From Geosiphon pyriformis uo1 (taxonomy: Eukaryota; Fungi; Glomeromycota): a stretch of DNA of 64,000 nucleotides. Both the position numbers and the translations under genes were made by a program. The notes beneath the pieces are model-generated. The model had not been told where the DNA came from. It saw only the letters and a program-made list of their open reading frames with translations, and ran no database searches. The stretch is from NCBI GenBank assembly GCA_016748015.1, contig JAAOMT010000657.1, forward strand, positions 186,001 through 250,000, written 5' to 3'. Each line of letters begins with the position of its first letter. Positions within the stretch are counted from its first letter, which is position 1. Shown here piece after piece: positions 25,601-37,485 of this stretch.

Positions 25601-28600
25601 TTGCTGGTGTAAGGGATCTACTGGCATATGCTATGGCATATTCTCTACTATTTTCATCTTTCTGTAAAAGAACAGCACCAAGTTCATAGCCAGATGTATC
25701 AGTGTGGAGAATAAAAAGTTGGTCAGATCAGGTTACTTGAGAATTGGTTTAGTAACAAGTTTTTCCTTCAGAATTTCAAAAGCTTTTTGTTAATAAGTGC
25801 TTCAGTGAAAATTGACATTTTTTCTAAGTAGCTGATTAAGAAAAAAGACAATTTTGGAGAAATCCTTAATAAATTTGTAATAGTAAGAGGCCAAATCAAG
25901 GAAAGAGTGTAGTTCAGGAACATTTATTGGTTGTCTAATGTTCTGAACTTTTTCAATTTTAGCTGGGTTAGGGAAAATTCCATCTTTTGTAATAAAATGA
26001 CCAAGGAACTGGGTAGATTAGTGTTCAAAGAAAGATTTAATTGGGTTGATTTTGAGGCCAGTATTTCTGATGCAGATCAAAAACCTTCTGTAAATGTTTA
26101 AGGTATTTATCCCAAGTTTTTGAGTAAACTATTATGTTATCTAAGTAGACCAAAACAAAGTTTTCTTTTACTGATTCAAATACTTTGTCTATTAGGCATT
26201 AAAAGGTGAAAAAGGCATTGGTGAGACCAAAAAACATGACTGTGAATTTATAGGTATTATACTTGGTAATAAAAGCAGTTTTTTTTCTGCTTTCTGGATC
26301 TATCTCTACTTGCCAAAATCCAGCAGTTAAGTTAATGGTTGAGAAGAAAGCAGCACTATTGAATTTATCTAGCATTGCATCAATTTTGGGAAGTAGGTAT
26401 ATGTCTCTTATAGTGATGGTATTTAGTTGACAGTAGTTAACACAGAAGCATAGAATTCCACTTTTCTTGAATACCACTACAACTGGGAAAGCCCATTTAC
26501 TCTTGGTTTTTTGTATGAATTCAAGATTTTTCATCTGGTTTATCTCTTTCTTGATAAACTTATCATTGCATTGATTGGATTGATAAGGCTTTAAATAGAT
26601 AGGACAAGTTTCTTTTGTAGTGATAGTGTGTTGTATCACATGGGTTTGTTCAGAGGTATTACTTTCTTTTAAGATAATTGGGCTATTCCTAACCAACAGA
26701 TTTTTAATTTTCACTTTTTTTTCTTCAGGGGAAGGTTTTCTTTGTTCTACAACTAATGATTGGATTTTAGGTGGTTCACTTTCAAAGGACTTCTGTACTT
26801 TTTTTAGTTCTTTTCTGGATATCAAACTAATTGGCTCCCAATCTTTGTAATAGATTAGACAGAACTTGCATTCATCACTAGGAGAATACAAAAGTTTATT
26901 GCACCAGCACCTGGTACAAGAATCATGCCATTAATAACTGTATTTTGCTTTCTTGCCAGGTTTTCTATCAAAGGTTTTTCTGAGAATATTATAGTAGGGC
27001 CAGCAAATCAGCTTGTTATTTATCATAATTCCTTTTTTGTCAGCTTTAACATTGTCCAGTGACTTGCCATTACTGGTAAAGATAGTATAGGTGAGTTCAG
27101 CAGTTTCTTCTTGTTCTTCTTGATCTTTTTTTTTATTACTCTCATCATTATCTGATTCATCTGATTGTTTTTCTTGTTGTTTTTGTGTAGGCACTAAGAA
27201 AGTTGTCCAATGGTGGCACTTAACCACAATGGGTTTTTCACCACATCTGATGGTCAGTTCACAGAATTTATAATCAAGCAAGACTTTTGTTTTCTTGAGC
27301 CATTCATTGCCAACTATTATGGTGTATTTTTTTGCTTCAGATACTTCTATGTCAGTTTCAATGCTAATGTCATTGATTCAGACAGAAACAGCTTTGGCTA
27401 TGCCCAGATCTTTCTTTTTGTCATCATGTACATTGGTCATTGGTTTTGTAGACAGTTCATTAATTTTTCTGCCAATTGCTTCTAAAAAGTGTTTGGCAAT
27501 AACACTAACAAATAATCTACTGTTTAGGATCAGATTAATGAAGTAACCAGCCACTTGGGCTTTACAAATGAGAGGAGTAATATTGCTATTGTTAGCAAGT
27601 CCAGTTTGGCATAAGTGCTTGTTGGTCTTTAGTGTCTTCTTTTTAGGAATTAAAAATTTGTGAAAGTCTTTTCTAAATTGGAGATAAGTTATTAATTGGC
27701 CAAAGGTAATGTGAGCAGGCATTTCTATAAGATCTTTGACAACAAAATAGAGACCAGATTTTTGTAATATTTCTGGGGATTCTAACTTTGGAGAATTCTT
27801 GAAAACTTTGGTCTTTGGTGGCTCATTGTTATCAGCAGTTGATGTGAAGACTTTCTTTGGATTTATAACGAAATCAACCTTGGATTTTTTCTTCTTTCTT
27901 GTTGATTCAGAAGTGTTGATTGCTAGTTCATTCATGTTATAGTTATTATTAGTTAAGTTAAAAGCATAAAAGAGGTTTTTTTCTGGTTGGCTTGTACTCT
28001 TACTCTTTGGAGGTGTACCTATCAGTTTAAAGACTAATAAACAGTGGCTTAAACTAAAGGATTCTCTTCAAAGAAATTGATGTTGGCATGATTGGGTCTT
28101 TGGTTGGGAATATTGTTGTTGATAGTTCTGTTGTTTTGATTATTATTGTTTCTGGAAGCTGGAGGAGACAGGAAAGAATTGTTGCAATCTTTGAAGAAAT
28201 GTCTAGTTAATCCACAGTAATAACACACAGATGGATCACAATTTTGTTGTCTTTAATAAAAAAGTTGTTGGGGTTGATTAAAATGGGGTTCAAATCTGAG
28301 TTTTTAAGTTTGTTAATTTTCTCTGACTGCTTGAATTAAGAGTTCTAATAACCAGGCAAGATTGGCTGTGAGTTTATCTATTAATTGTTTATTGGAATCT
28401 GAAGTTTGGGCAGTGAAAGAAGTAGCAGCCATTTGAGAAGCAGGGGCCATAACAAAAGCAAGAACAAAAACTAGAAGTGTAAATTCCAAGTGCATCCTTT
28501 AATTGTCTTCAATTTATTGAACTAGTTCAATAATCATATCCATTGTGGGATTGTTTTTTAGGGCCAAAAGAAGCCAAAGAGCATAGGACAGATCTGTTCT

Positions 28601-30327
28601 TAATTCTTTTGTAAAAAAATGAATCTTTTGTTCTTCTGTCCAGTTTTTTCCAGAGTCTACCCACTTGATTAACTTTCTGATTGCTTTTGCATATTTGATT
28701 ACAGCTTCATCAGGACCTTAAATTCTTTTTTCTAATTCCATGTGTCATTTAGATATTAAGATAAAAGTTCTAAATTTCATTTCAAACCAGATAGTAAAAG
28801 AGATGTTATCTTTTCTGGCATTTGCTGGTGCCCATTTAATGATTTTTTGCTGAGTGTTGGCATTGGTTTTTTGTGAGAACCAAGTAACAAGAGAGCTTTG
28901 AAAATAGCCACCAACAATTTGGAATTTATATTTATTATTATATTGGTTGGCTGTGGCAGTTCTTTTAAAGTCATTCAACCATTCAATTGGATCTTGTGCA
29001 TCACTTTTAAACAAGGGTAATGGAGTGTTATTTCTTCTTTTCAAAGCAGTTTGTATGTCTTGGAGAGCAATCAGAATGTTCTATTGTATAAGATCATTAG
29101 CTATTGGTTCAGGAGTTACTGTTTGAATAGAATGATCTAATTCATTTGAGAAAAGATCAAAAACAGAAGCAGTTTAATAGCTTTCTTCTTCTGTTTCAAG
29201 AAAAGTTTCAGTTAATTGATGAGCAGTAACCCAAGTATAGATTTGATGATTCAGATATTCGAAATCAGAAGACTGTTGTTCAAAGATTGTGGGATATAAA
29301 AGCTAATTGATGCTGTTTTTTTTTTTTTCAAAGTTGTCTTCAAAATAAGCTTAATCAAAGTAATAAGTTGTATAGACTGTGTAAGTTTCAGCTAAATGCT
29401 CATTCAAAAACCAGTTCCAAAAGTTTTGGAATTGTCTGTTGGATTGTTCTTTAATGGAAAAGCAAATCAAGCAGGAAAGCAAAGAATTGAGTTCAATAAA
29501 GTCTAGATCATTTTTGTTATGTGTTTTAAAGTGTTCTTTTGATTGTTGTAACAGGTATAAATAATCACCCATACAATAGAAAACAGAGTGGATTTTGACA
29601 ACCTGACAGGGAGCACCACTTTTATGTTATGAGTTGGAGTAACAAGCTAACAAATAGTAAGAGAGAGCAGAATTGTAGGATAATGGAAATAATCAAAGAG
29701 ATTTCAACTTCAATGAGCGAATTGAATAAGTATAAATTCAATGTGCAAGATCAGTCTCATAAAATATCTCAGTCACTATTCTTTCAAAAAATAACTAGGA
29801 AATCTGAAGATAGAGAAATAGTCCATACTGTCAACAAATAATCATGTCTGGTATAATTCTATGTCTCACATCAGCACTTTTAGAATTCAATATCAGGTAT
29901 CAAATGTACTTTTCAGTCATGTTTTATTCAATAATCTTCAAATACTGCAATTACAAGTTTTTAGAAAAAGAGTAAGGAATAACCAACAAGTAATTTTTTA
30001 TTCCAAAATGTTCAGATACTTGAAGGTAGGAAAAGAGAATTTAGTGATAAGAGAATGATTGAGATGAAAATTGTTATTTTATTTATTTTTTTTCTTTGAT
30101 TTCTACATGCTTTTCTACAGCTAAGAGATTCATCACTTATATAGCTATCAAAAGTGGTCAATGATCAGGTTAATGACTAAGTCAATCATCAAGTCAATGA
30201 TCAGGTCAATGGTCAGGTCATTGATCAAGTCAATGATTACTTTCTAAAAATAGAGTGGCTAATTTATACAACATCAATGGCTAATACATGTGATAATTAA
30301 TAAAAAGTATAAGTTTCAACCATAATA
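22628..30327 (-). mobile_element. Family-A Gypsy element A1, full length 7.7 kb (5' LTR 29625-30327, 3' LTR 22628-23294)
   Basis: TSD CTAT (22624-22627 / 30328-30331), PBS 29602-29618; gag, PR, RT, RH, IN and extra-ORF fragments in the ORF track. Confidence 0.93.
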
Positions 30328-32710
30328 CTATATATATATAGCAGTAGCATTAGAAATAAAAAAAGTATTCAGTTCAGTTTCAATTTAACATTCCTTTTTT
30401 TATCTATTAATTAATTTTTACTTTACAGATAATTACTATTAACCAAAGTAAATTTATTACAATATTAAATAAAACATATTTATTATCATTCAATCCATAT
30501 TATTATTGTTTGATTGAGAATTTTTACCACTCTTCTGTTATTAACACTCCATATTGATAACATTTAATACTTAACTACACTAGAACAATAGTTCTTGATT
30601 ATGGCTATTGATGAAATACTAATTTTTTATTTTCTTTTCATTTTTTTTATTTTTTTATTTTATTTTATTTGTTTGTTGTTTTATTAACTGAGAAAAAAAG
30701 ATTAAGTGCTAAGCAATTTTAATATCAAAAATAGTCTGGTAAAAGACTCAGAAATAAGGATAGAAATTTAAGGATAGCTTACTAAAAGAACACAACTGCC
30801 AAAATAAACTGGCCACCATGCTGAAGAAAAAAATTTGACAGAATAACCATTTTGGAAGGCTATTAAAGCAACTATTAAATCTCTGTTCATTATACAAAGA
30901 ACTTAACCAAAATCTTCAAATTACCAAAACCTTTAGATATTACCAACATTATTAAGCTATTAAGTACCAAATTATGAGTTTGTTATTTGTTTTAACATTC
31001 CAAATAATTACTTGTAACATTTGGTGCTTCTTGTAAGATATAATCCAACAAAAAACCAGTATCAGCAACAACTATCTAAAACAGTGGCAGAATCAGAAAA
31101 AATAGAGACAAACCACTTGGAATTTGTGAAAGCTTTATTTCAATACTATCACCCTCATTTTAGACTAATAAACAATAATTGGCCAACAAAATCAGTATTT
31201 AATTGCTATGTTAACAAAAAAATTATATATTACTTAGGAAGACAAAGAGATTCAGAAGCTGTCTTTAACAATTTCTATAGTAAATTACTCTAAAGCACTA
31301 TATGTTTAGCAAACTATTTGTTTGCACCATTAATCACAAAAATAAACCAGAAAATTAAAAAATATACACCACAAAAATTTCTCATTACTTTTGCCAAAAA
31401 GAGAAAAAAAAGATTACAAATCTCAGCAGAAACACCAAAAAAAGCACAACCACTTACTTAAAAGAAACCAAAAATTGTTTCACTTATTAACCCATTATAT
31501 TATTACACTTTAGGAAGTACTATCTACATAATATCAACAGCCATGTTCACAGCAACTGTGAAAACACTATTGGCAAAAATACTGTTTTAGAGTAAACAAA
31601 AAAAAACTAAACTATTAGGAACCTATAATAATTATTTTGAAGGATTTAAATCATGACCAACCACAATATCAAGACTTTAATTACCACCACCTCAATTGAA
31701 TTTTAGACAACCAGTAACTAAACAAACACAGAATCAGAAGAAAAAAAAGACAACAATCAAGAAATTAATAACCAGAAACTGATCATAAATAAACTGGAAT
31801 TACAAACTCTGATTGTTTAAACTCTGCCAAATCCAGAGAACCTAAATTCCACTCAGATTTATCAACAAAACTTATCTCCAGTAATTGTGATTACAAATAG
31901 CATACACACTTATTACCAAGCTAGAAAAATTTATGAGTAAAGAAGACAATACTCAAGCCTAATTAAATAATGTTACCAAAGCAATTACTACTGTTACAAT
32001 TGAAACCCATAATTTTTATTAATTATCACATGTATTAGTTACTAATATCATATAATTAGCCACTCTATTTTTAGATAGTGATCATTGACCTGATCAATGA
32101 CCTGATCATTGACCTAGTCATTGACCTGGTCATTGACCACTTTCAATAGATATATAAGCAATGAGTCTCTTAGCTGTAGAAAATCATCTCTCAGACAAGA
32201 ATCAAATAAATAAAAATAACAACTTTCATCTCAATCACTTTCTTATTGCTAATTTCCCTTTCACTACCTTCAAGTATCTGAACATTTTAGGATAAAAGAT
32301 TACTTGTTGGCCTTTTCCTGATGTATATAATTGTAACATTTGAAGATTATTTGAATAAATGTAACTAAAAAGCACAAGTTGATACCTGATATTGAATTCT
32401 AAGAACACCAATGTGAGGCATAAAATTATATCAGTGGTGATCAATTGTTGACAGTACGGACTATCCTTCTACCTTTAGATTCCCCAGTTACCTTTGAAAA
32501 GAATAGCAACTGAAATATTTTATGAGACTGATCTCGCACATTGAATCCATACTCATTCAATTTGCTCTTTAAAGTTGAATTTTCCTTTGATTATTTCCAT
32601 CACCCTACAATCCTGTTCTCCCTTGCTATCCATTAGCTTGTTACTCCAACCCATAACATAAAAGTGATGCTCTCTGTGAGGTTGTCAAAATTCACTTATT
32701 TCCTCATTGT

Positions 32711-34267
32711 ATGGGTGATTACTCATATCTGCCACAGCAATCAGAAAAACACTTTGCAGCACATAACAGAAACGACCTAAATTTCATTGAACTTAATCCT
32801 CTGCCCTCCTGCTTAATCTGCTTCCCCCTTGAAAAACAATCCAGTAGACAATTCTAAGACTTTTGGAACTGGTTCCTGAACAAACATTCAGCTAAAACCT
32901 ACACAGCTTATACAACCTATTACTTTGACCAAGCTTATTTTGAAAACAACTTTGAAGAAAGAAACAACAGTATCAATCAGCTCTTATATTCTGCAACCTT
33001 TGAACAACAGCCCTCTGATTTCGAATATCTGAATCATCAAATCCATATTTGGATTGCTGCCCATCAAACAACTAAAACTCCTTTTGAAACAAAAGAAGAA
33101 AGCTACCAAACTGCTCCTGTTTTTGACCTTTTATCAAGCAAATCAGACTCGTCTACACAAACAGTTACCCCTGAACCAATGGCTAATGACTCCATGCAAG
33201 CAAACATTCTGGCCACTCTCCAAGATATACAAACTGCTCTAGGAAGAAGAAACAATACCCCACTATCACTATTTAGAGGTAATGCACAAGATCCAATTGA
33301 ATAGTTAGATGATTTTGAGAGAACTGTTACAGCCAACCAGTATGATGAAAAATACAAATTCCAAATTGTTGGTGGCTACCTCCAAGGCTCTTCTGCTATC
33401 TGGTTCTCACAAGAAACAGATGCCAATGCTTAACACAGAATAATCAGATGGACACTAATTAATGCTGGAGAAGAAAATACCTCTTTCACTACCTGATTTG
33501 AGGCCAAATTCAGAACCCCAATATTAATATTCAAATGGCACATGGAATTGGAAAGAAGAACCCAAGGCCCTGGAGAAGTAGTGACTGAATATGCCAAAGC
33601 TATTAGAAAGCTAATCAAATGTATAGACTCTGGGAGAAACTGGACAGAAAAACAAAAGATTCATTCCTTTACAAAAAGATTAAGAACCAATTTATCTTAT
33701 GCTCTTTGGCCTCTTTTGGTCCTAAAAGACAACCCTACAATGGACATGGCCATTGAACTTGCCCAACAAATTGAAGACAACCAAAGAATACATTTGGGAT
33801 TTACACTTCCAGTTTTTGCTCCTACTCCTGTCATGGCTCCTGCCTCTCAAATAGCTGCTGCTTCTTTTGCTGCCCAAACTCAAGATCCAAATGAACAATT
33901 AATTGATAGACTCACAGCCAATCTTGCATGGTTATTAGAACCTTTGGCACAAGCAGTCAAAGATAACCAACAACCACCAAGACCTAGATACAAACCTCGT
34001 TTTAACCAGCCCCAGCAACCTCCCTATCAAAGACAGCAAAATTGTGGTCCACCTGTGTGCTATTATTGTGGATTAACTGGACATTATTCAAGAGATTGTA
34101 ACAATTCTCCACTGCCTCCTCTAGCTCCCAGAAACAATGACAACCAAAACAACAGACCCAACAACAACAACAATGTCCTCAATCAAAGACCCAATCATGC
34201 CAACATCAATTTCTTTGGAGAGGATTCTCTAGTTGAAGCCACTGTTTATCAGCCTTTAAACTGGTAG
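32711..34267 (+). pseudogene. gag: A2 gag (capsid-like + CCHC zinc knuckle), with stops
   Basis: FRG.AQDPIE.LDDFER (retrotransposon gag N-domain), QGPGEVVTEYA (MHR-like), CYYCGLTGHYSRDC. Confidence 0.9.
34255..34261 (+). other. -1 ribosomal frameshift slippery site T_TTA_AAC (also 37473-37479 and minus 28025-28031)
   Basis: Correct phase in gag (CCT TTA AAC TGG TAG). The -1 frame is open into pol, 96 nt before the first pol Met in all three copies. A GC-rich hairpin-forming tract follows. Confidence 0.75.
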
Positions 34268-35885
34268 CCGCACCTCCAAAGGGTGAGAGTGCAAACCAAC
34301 CAGAAAAAAACCCCTTTTTTGCTTTTAACTTAACTGATGATGACTATGACATGAATGAACTAGCAATTAACACCTCAGAACCAACCAGAAAGAAGAAGAA
34401 AGCCAAGATTGATTTCGTTCTAGACTCCAACAAAGCCTCAACTTCTGCTGCTGATAACAATGAGCCACCAAAGGCTAAAGTCTTTAAGAATCCCCCAAAG
34501 TTGGAACCCCCAGAAATTGTACAAAAATCTGAACCCTATTCCATTGTCAAAAATCTCATGAAAACCTCAGCACATATTACCTTTGGCCAGTTAATGACCC
34601 ACCCACAGTTCAGAAAGAATCTTCACAAATCTTTGATCCCAAAGAAGAAGACACCAAAAACCAACAAGCACCTTCGCCAAGCTGGACTTGCTGACAACAG
34701 CAATGTCACCCTTTTGATTTGTAAAGCCCAAGTGGCTGAATACTTCATTGACTTAATTCTGAACAGTGGATCATCTGTTAGTGTCATTGCCAAACACTTC
34801 TTGGAAGCAATTGGTAGAAAGATTGATGAACCTTCCACCAGACTAATGACCAATGTACATGGTGACAAAAAGAAAAGATTGGGTATTGCCAAAGCTGTTC
34901 CTGTCCGCATTAATGGAATCAACATTGAAACTGATATGGAAGTTTCTGAAGCCAAGGAATACATCATTATTGTTGGCAATAAATGGCTCAAGAAAGCAAA
35001 AGCTTTGCTTGATTATGAACTTTGTGAATTAACCATCAGATGTGGTGAGAAACCCATTGTGGTTAAGTGTTGCCATTGAACAACTCCCCCAGTACCCAAA
35101 CAAAACCAAAAAGAAAAACAATCAGATAAATCAGATGATGAAAAAAGTGATGAAGAAGAAAAACAAGAAGAACAAGAAGAAACTGCTGAACTTGCCTATA
35201 CCACCTTCACCAACAATGACAAACTACTGGACAATGTTAAAGCAGACAAAGAAGAAATCATTGTAAATGGCAAGCTAATCTGCTGGTCTTATTTATTACA
35301 TGTATTAGCCACTGATGTCATATAATTAGCCACCCTATTTTTAGATAGTGATCATTGACCACTTTAGATAGCTATATAAGCAATGATTCCCTTAGCTGTA
35401 GAAAGACATGATCAAAGTAACGAAATAAACAATATCAATTACTTCCTTTCATAATTGCTTATTCCCCTTTCCTTACCTTCAAGTATCTACTTGTTGGCAT
35501 TCACATACCTTATCTTTTCCCCTTTTTGATTTGTATTTGTTAGAATTAGTCTGAGAAGCAATTGGCTTGCTCTTGTAATTTATTGAATAAAGAAACAACT
35601 GAAAAGTACAATGATACCTGTTATTGATTCTAAGAATTGCCGAGTTGAGGCATAGAATAATAGCAGCAGTGTTATCTTGTTGACAATCACGGACTATTCC
35701 TCTACCTTCAGATTTAAGAAAAGATTAGCAACTGTGATTTTTATGAGACTGATCATGCACATTGAATTCTTACTTATTCAATTCACTCCCTTATTGTAAT
35801 TTTTTCTTTGTTTATTTCCATCACCATACAATACTGTTCTCCCTTGCTATCCATTAGCTTGTTATTCCAACCCATAACATAAAAG

Positions 35886-35902
35886 TGGTGCTCCCTGTAA
35901 GG
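35886..35902 (+). other. Primer-binding site, consensus TGGTGCTCCCTGTGAGG (also 32665, 31022, 59865, 62456; minus 29618, 57188)
   Basis: Starts with TGG (TGA in two decayed copies) just downstream of each 5' LTR and is conserved across the three families. Confidence 0.85.
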
Positions 35903-35931
35903 TTGTCAAAATTCACTTATTCCCTCATTGT

Positions 35932-37485
35932 ATGGGTGATTACTTATATCTGCCACAGCAATCAGAAGAATACTTTGTAGCACACAATAGAAATGACCAA
36001 AGTTTCATTGAACTTAATCCTCTGCCCTCCTGCTTGATCTGCTTCCCCCTTGAAAAACAATCAAGTAGACAATTCCAAGACTTTTGGAACTGGTTCCTGA
36101 ATGAGCATTCAGCTGAAACCTACACAGCTTATACAACCTATTACTTTGACCAAGCTTATTTTGAAAATGACTTTGAAGAAAGAAACAACAGTATCAATTA
36201 GCTCTTATATTCTGCAACCTTTGAACAACAGCCCCCTGATTTCGAATATCTGAATTATCAAATCCACATTTGGATTGCTGCCCATCAAGCAACTGAAACT
36301 CCCTTTGAAACAGAAGAAGAAAGCTACCAAACTGCCCCTGTTTTTGATCTTTTATCAAGTAAATCAGACTTGTCTACACAAACAGTTACTCCTGAACCAA
36401 TGGTTAATGACCCCATGCAAGCAAACATTCTGGCCACCCTTCAAGATATACAAACTGCTCTAGAGCAAAAAAACAACACCCCAATACTATTATTTAGAGG
36501 TGATGCACAAGATCCAATTGAATGGTTGGATGACTTTAAAAGAGCCACTACAGCCAATCAATATGATGATGAGTACAAGTTCCAAATTGTTGGTGGCTGC
36601 CTTCAAGGATCCCCTGCTACCTGGTTCTTACAAGAAACAGATACCAATGCCCAGCAAAGAATCATTAGATGGACACCAGCAAATGTGGGAGAAATCAACA
36701 CTTCTTTCACTACCTGGTTTGAAAACAAGTTCAGAATCCCAATATTAATATCAAAATGGCATATGGAATTGGAAAGAAGAACCCAAGATCCCAGTGAAGT
36801 TGTAACCAAATACGCCAAAGCAATCAAAAAGTTAATCAAATGAGTAGACACTGGAAGAAATTAGACAGAAGAGCAGAAAATTCACTTTTTCACAAAAGGA
36901 TTGAGAACTGATCTATCGTATGCTCTTTGGCCCCTTCTGGCCCTGAAAGATAATCCCACCATGGATATAGCCATTGAATTAGCACAAAGAATTGAAGACA
37001 ACCAAAGGATGCACTTGAGATCCACACTACCAGTTTTTGCATCTGTTCCTGTCATGGCTCCTGCCCTTCAAATGGCTGCTACTTCTTTTGCCACTCATAC
37101 TCAAAATCCAAATGAACAGTTAATAGACAGACTCACAGCAAATCTTGCTTGGTTATTAGAACCCTTAGCCCAAGCAGTCAGAGAAAATCAGCAACCACAA
37201 AGACCCAGATTTGAACCACGCTTCAATCAGCTCCAGCAACCACCTTATTAAAGACAACAAAATTGTGGCCCACCTGTATGCTATTGCTGTGGATTAACTG
37301 GACATTTTTCAAGAGATTGCAACAATCCTCCACTGCCTCCACCAGTCTCCAGAAACAATGATGCTCAGAACAACAGGATTAACAACAACAATATGCCCAA
37401 CCAAAGACCCAATCATGCCAACATCAATTTCTTTGAAGAAGATTCCCTAGTTGAAGCCACTGTTTATCAGCTTTTAAACTGGTAG
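35932..37485 (+). pseudogene. gag: A3 gag, with stops
   Basis: Same frame through track ORFs 35932, 36370 and 36901; CYCCGLTGHFSRDC knuckle. Confidence 0.9.

Noticed and set aside
34623-34991. Repeated antisense ORFs opposite protease (also 27295-27546 and 37958-38209) and other short track ORFs
   Set aside because: Shadow frames of gag/pol with variable ends; no independent evidence.
35886-35902. tRNA gene
   Set aside because: Only a 17-nt complement of a tRNA 3' end (PBS); no cloverleaf.
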